Of a DNA stretch of 64,000 nucleotides, positions 61,814 to 64,000 are shown piece by piece; the stretch's first letter is position 1, and the number at the start of each line of letters is the position of its first letter. The stretch is from Pirellulales bacterium (GTDB lineage Bacteria > Planctomycetota > Planctomycetia > Pirellulales > PALSA-1355). The stretch lies in assembly GCA_963733035.1 (NCBI GenBank), contig CAVTBU010000004.1, positions 421,619-485,618 on the forward strand, read 5' to 3'. Below the pieces are notes generated by a model. That model was not told where the DNA came from and did not search any database. It saw only the letters and a program-made list of their open reading frames with translations. Both the position numbers and the translations under genes were made by a program.

Positions 61814-62440
61814 TTGAACGCGGAACTTCCAGATCGACTGGTCGAACGTTTGCAACGGCCGCTCCCAGGCTGGCGCGCTCAAGCCCGCTTTCAGCCCGAG
61901 CTGAGCTTTGGTCGGCACCGTGGTCCAGCCCCGGTTGGGGCGCGCCCCGCGGCCGTGCTGGTCCTCCTTTATCCCCAATCCGAACAGTGGCACGTGCCGT
62001 TGATGCTGCGTCCAATGCACATGCCCGATCACGGTGGCCAGGTGAGTTTGCCAGGCGGCATGATTGAAGCAGGCGAAAGCAGCCAACAGGCCGCGCTGCG
62101 CGAATACACTGAAGAGCTGGGAGCGTCGGCCAAAGATCTCCATGTGCTCGGCCAGCTTTCGCCCCTTTATTTGTTTGCCAGCAATTTCCAGATCACGCCC
62201 TGGATCGCAAGCACCGACGCCGCGCCCGCCTGGCAGCCCAGCCAGCGGGAAGTTGAGCGCCTGCTCGAAGTGCCGGTTTCTCACCTGCTCGACCCGGCCA
62301 ACACCGGACACGTCGAGCGCCGCCAGCGCGGCCTCGCATTTCGGGCGCCCTGCTTCAAGTGGCAGTCCGAACGGATCTGGGGGGCCACCAGCATGATTCT
62401 AGCCGAACTCGTCGCCACCATCGCCGAGCTTGGCGACTGA
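61814..62440 (+). CDS. Nudix hydrolase, CoA pyrophosphatase-like
   Basis: AAVL, HGGQVSLPGG, Nudix box E....AALRE..EELG, IWGAT. Confidence 0.92.
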   Translation: MNAELPDRLVERLQRPLPGWRAQARFQPELSFGRHRGPAPVGARPAAVLVLLYPQSEQWHVPLMLRPMHMPDHGGQVSLPGGMIEAGESSQQAALREYTEELGASAKDLHVLGQLSPLYLFASNFQITPWIASTDAAPAWQPSQREVERLLEVPVSHLLDPANTGHVERRQRGLAFRAPCFKWQSERIWGATSMILAELVATIAELGD

Positions 62441-62517
62441 GCGCCCGCAACCCGCGATTTCGCGAGATATGCTTGCCTGGAGCGCATTTCAAGTCAGACC
62501 TCGCGAGGTGCGGGCGG

Positions 62518-63747
62518 ATGGCTACGTTCAGACTACGACAATTTGAAGATCTCGCCGCCCTACGTGGTCAGGCCGGCGCGTGGAATGAGCTCTGGCAGCG
62601 GAGTTCGTCGGTACGTCCAACGGCCCGGGCCGAGCAATTGGCGATTTGGCACGGCAGCTTCGCCCAAAACCTCCCGTTTGTCGCGATCGGTTTGGAAGCC
62701 GACGGCCAGCTCGTGGCAGGCCTGCCCCTCGTCTTGTCGCGCCGCTACGGAATTCCAATGGCCAGCAGCCTGGGCAATGCCTGGTCGCCCGGCGGCGAAT
62801 TGCTCTTGGATCGCACTTGCGATGCTCGCGATGTACTGCCGCGCCTGTTCACCGGATTGCAACAGCAATTCCGGGGCCTACTCTCACTGGACGGCCTGAC
62901 GCTCCGCTCGGACGCTTGTCGGGGAATCCTTGACACCTGCGAAACGCGTCGCGCGAACTGCCTGACGCGCCGTCGCTTCACGGCTCCGGTCGTGATGATT
63001 CGCCAGTCGTGGCAGGACTACTTCGACGCGCGCTCACCGAACCTTCACCGACAATTGAAAACAATCGCACGTCGCGCCGACAAGCTCGGCGACGTCAACC
63101 TGCGACGATACGAAGAGCTGACTCCCGCTGAAGTCGAGCCGCTGTTGCGCGAGTGCTTTGAACTGGAGGCCAGGGGTTGGAAAGGACGCCAGGCGAGCGC
63201 CGTTCTTAGCGAGCCGCGCGCCTGGCGGTTCATTTTAGGTCAAGCGATCGAACTGGCGCGCTGCGGTGAATTCTCAACCACCCTGCTCTGCCACGGCGAC
63301 CATCCCATCGCGTTCGAGTATGGCTGGCACGCCAAGCGGGTGCGCGGTGTGCTCAAGGTTAGCTTTGACGAATCCTATGCTCGGCTTTCGCCCGGCCAAC
63401 TCCTGCGGCTGCGGCTATTCGAACAGCTCTTCGACGAGCAATCTTTGCACTGGATCGACTTCATTGGCCCCGTCGGCCGCGCCACCGGACAGTGGGCCAC
63501 CCACGGATACGAAGTCGGTCGAATCTTGGCCTCCCTCGGCAGCCGCGTCGGCAGCACGACGATCGCCGCGTACGGTTTTCTACGTCGGCTGCGCCAGCGC
63601 GCTCGCCACCCCCTCTCCCCGGCGGCCACGGAGTGCCGCACCTCGACACTCCCCGCCATCCGGCAAATCGATCCGTTCGAGGCCTCCGAAACGCTCGCGC
63701 CCCAGTTGGTCGCACTCGACCTGGACAACCCGGCGGGGGAATTTTAG
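62518..63747 (+). CDS. GNAT family N-acetyltransferase (CelD/BcsL-like)
   Basis: W..LW, SW.DY...RS, LE..GWKG, PIAFEYG, KV.FDE.Y...SPG. Confidence 0.8.
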   Translation: MATFRLRQFEDLAALRGQAGAWNELWQRSSSVRPTARAEQLAIWHGSFAQNLPFVAIGLEADGQLVAGLPLVLSRRYGIPMASSLGNAWSPGGELLLDRTCDARDVLPRLFTGLQQQFRGLLSLDGLTLRSDACRGILDTCETRRANCLTRRRFTAPVVMIRQSWQDYFDARSPNLHRQLKTIARRADKLGDVNLRRYEELTPAEVEPLLRECFELEARGWKGRQASAVLSEPRAWRFILGQAIELARCGEFSTTLLCHGDHPIAFEYGWHAKRVRGVLKVSFDESYARLSPGQLLRLRLFEQLFDEQSLHWIDFIGPVGRATGQWATHGYEVGRILASLGSRVGSTTIAAYGFLRRLRQRARHPLSPAATECRTSTLPAIRQIDPFEASETLAPQLVALDLDNPAGEF

Positions 63748-63796
63748 AATGCAACGTTCACCCGGGCCCCATCCCCATGCGGGTGAAGTCGTGAGC

Positions 63797-63869
63797 GGGG
63801 CGGTAGCTCAGTTGGGAGAGCGCTGCGTTCGCAATGCAGAGGTCGAGGGTTCGACTCCCTTCCGCTCCA
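63797..63869 (+). tRNA. tRNA-Ala(CGC)
   Basis: GGGGCGG/CCGCTCC acceptor with G3:U70, TAGCTCAGTTGGGAGAGC D arm, CTGCG-TTCGCAA-TGCAG anticodon arm, GGTTCGACT T loop; CCA not encoded. Confidence 0.97.
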
Positions 63870-63872
63870 CTG

Positions 63873-63914
63873 AAGACAGCCCTTGTCAGTAATTGACGAG
63901 GGCTGTTTTTGTTT
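63873..63914 (+). terminator. Intrinsic terminator after tRNA
   Basis: AAGACAGCCCTTGTCA-GTAAT-TGACGAGGGCTGTTTT + T-rich tail. Confidence 0.8.
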
Positions 63915-64000
63915 GTCATCGCAACGACTTATGTCGCGCTCTGAATTGCGGTCTACGTCAACCGCGTTCAATTGCCAACTCGACAGTTTTTGCCAGCGAT

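Noticed and set aside
1..64000. CRISPR array, IS, prophage, defence system
   Set aside because: No regularly spaced repeats, transposase, integrase, phage or nuclease genes recognised.

Overview
High-GC (roughly 60%) bacterial chromosome segment, almost certainly from a planctomycete (Pirellulales-like). The evidence is a DUF1501 protein, a 'RLEPLEDRKML' planctomycete-extracellular N-terminus, PEP-CTERM proteins and a membrane Ser/Thr kinase. About 48 CDSs, mostly housekeeping or metabolic (ftsK, truB, prpD, hemB, hemL, tsaB, skp, ppa, eutBC, glgX, xylB, prpC, prpB), plus tRNA-Ala(CGC). No CRISPR, transposase or integrase seen. Most interesting: (1) a 1183-aa secreted beta-helix/CBM-like protein ending in a dockerin-like duplication, directly upstream of a PEP-CTERM protein whose single domain looks like a cohesin, i.e. 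a candidate exosortase-anchored cohesin-dockerin display system; (2) both PEP-CTERM genes have sigma70-like promoters followed by 320-530 nt hairpin-rich leaders sharing ordered sequence words; (3) all nine frameshifts I found in conserved genes lie at GCGC, suggesting base-calling errors at a methylated motif rather than pseudogenes; (4) a tandem pair of Rickettsia-PKMT-like methyltransferases; (5) a cluster of sugar-pathway homologues with eroded catalytic motifs. All family assignments are by eye from motifs; no searches were run.
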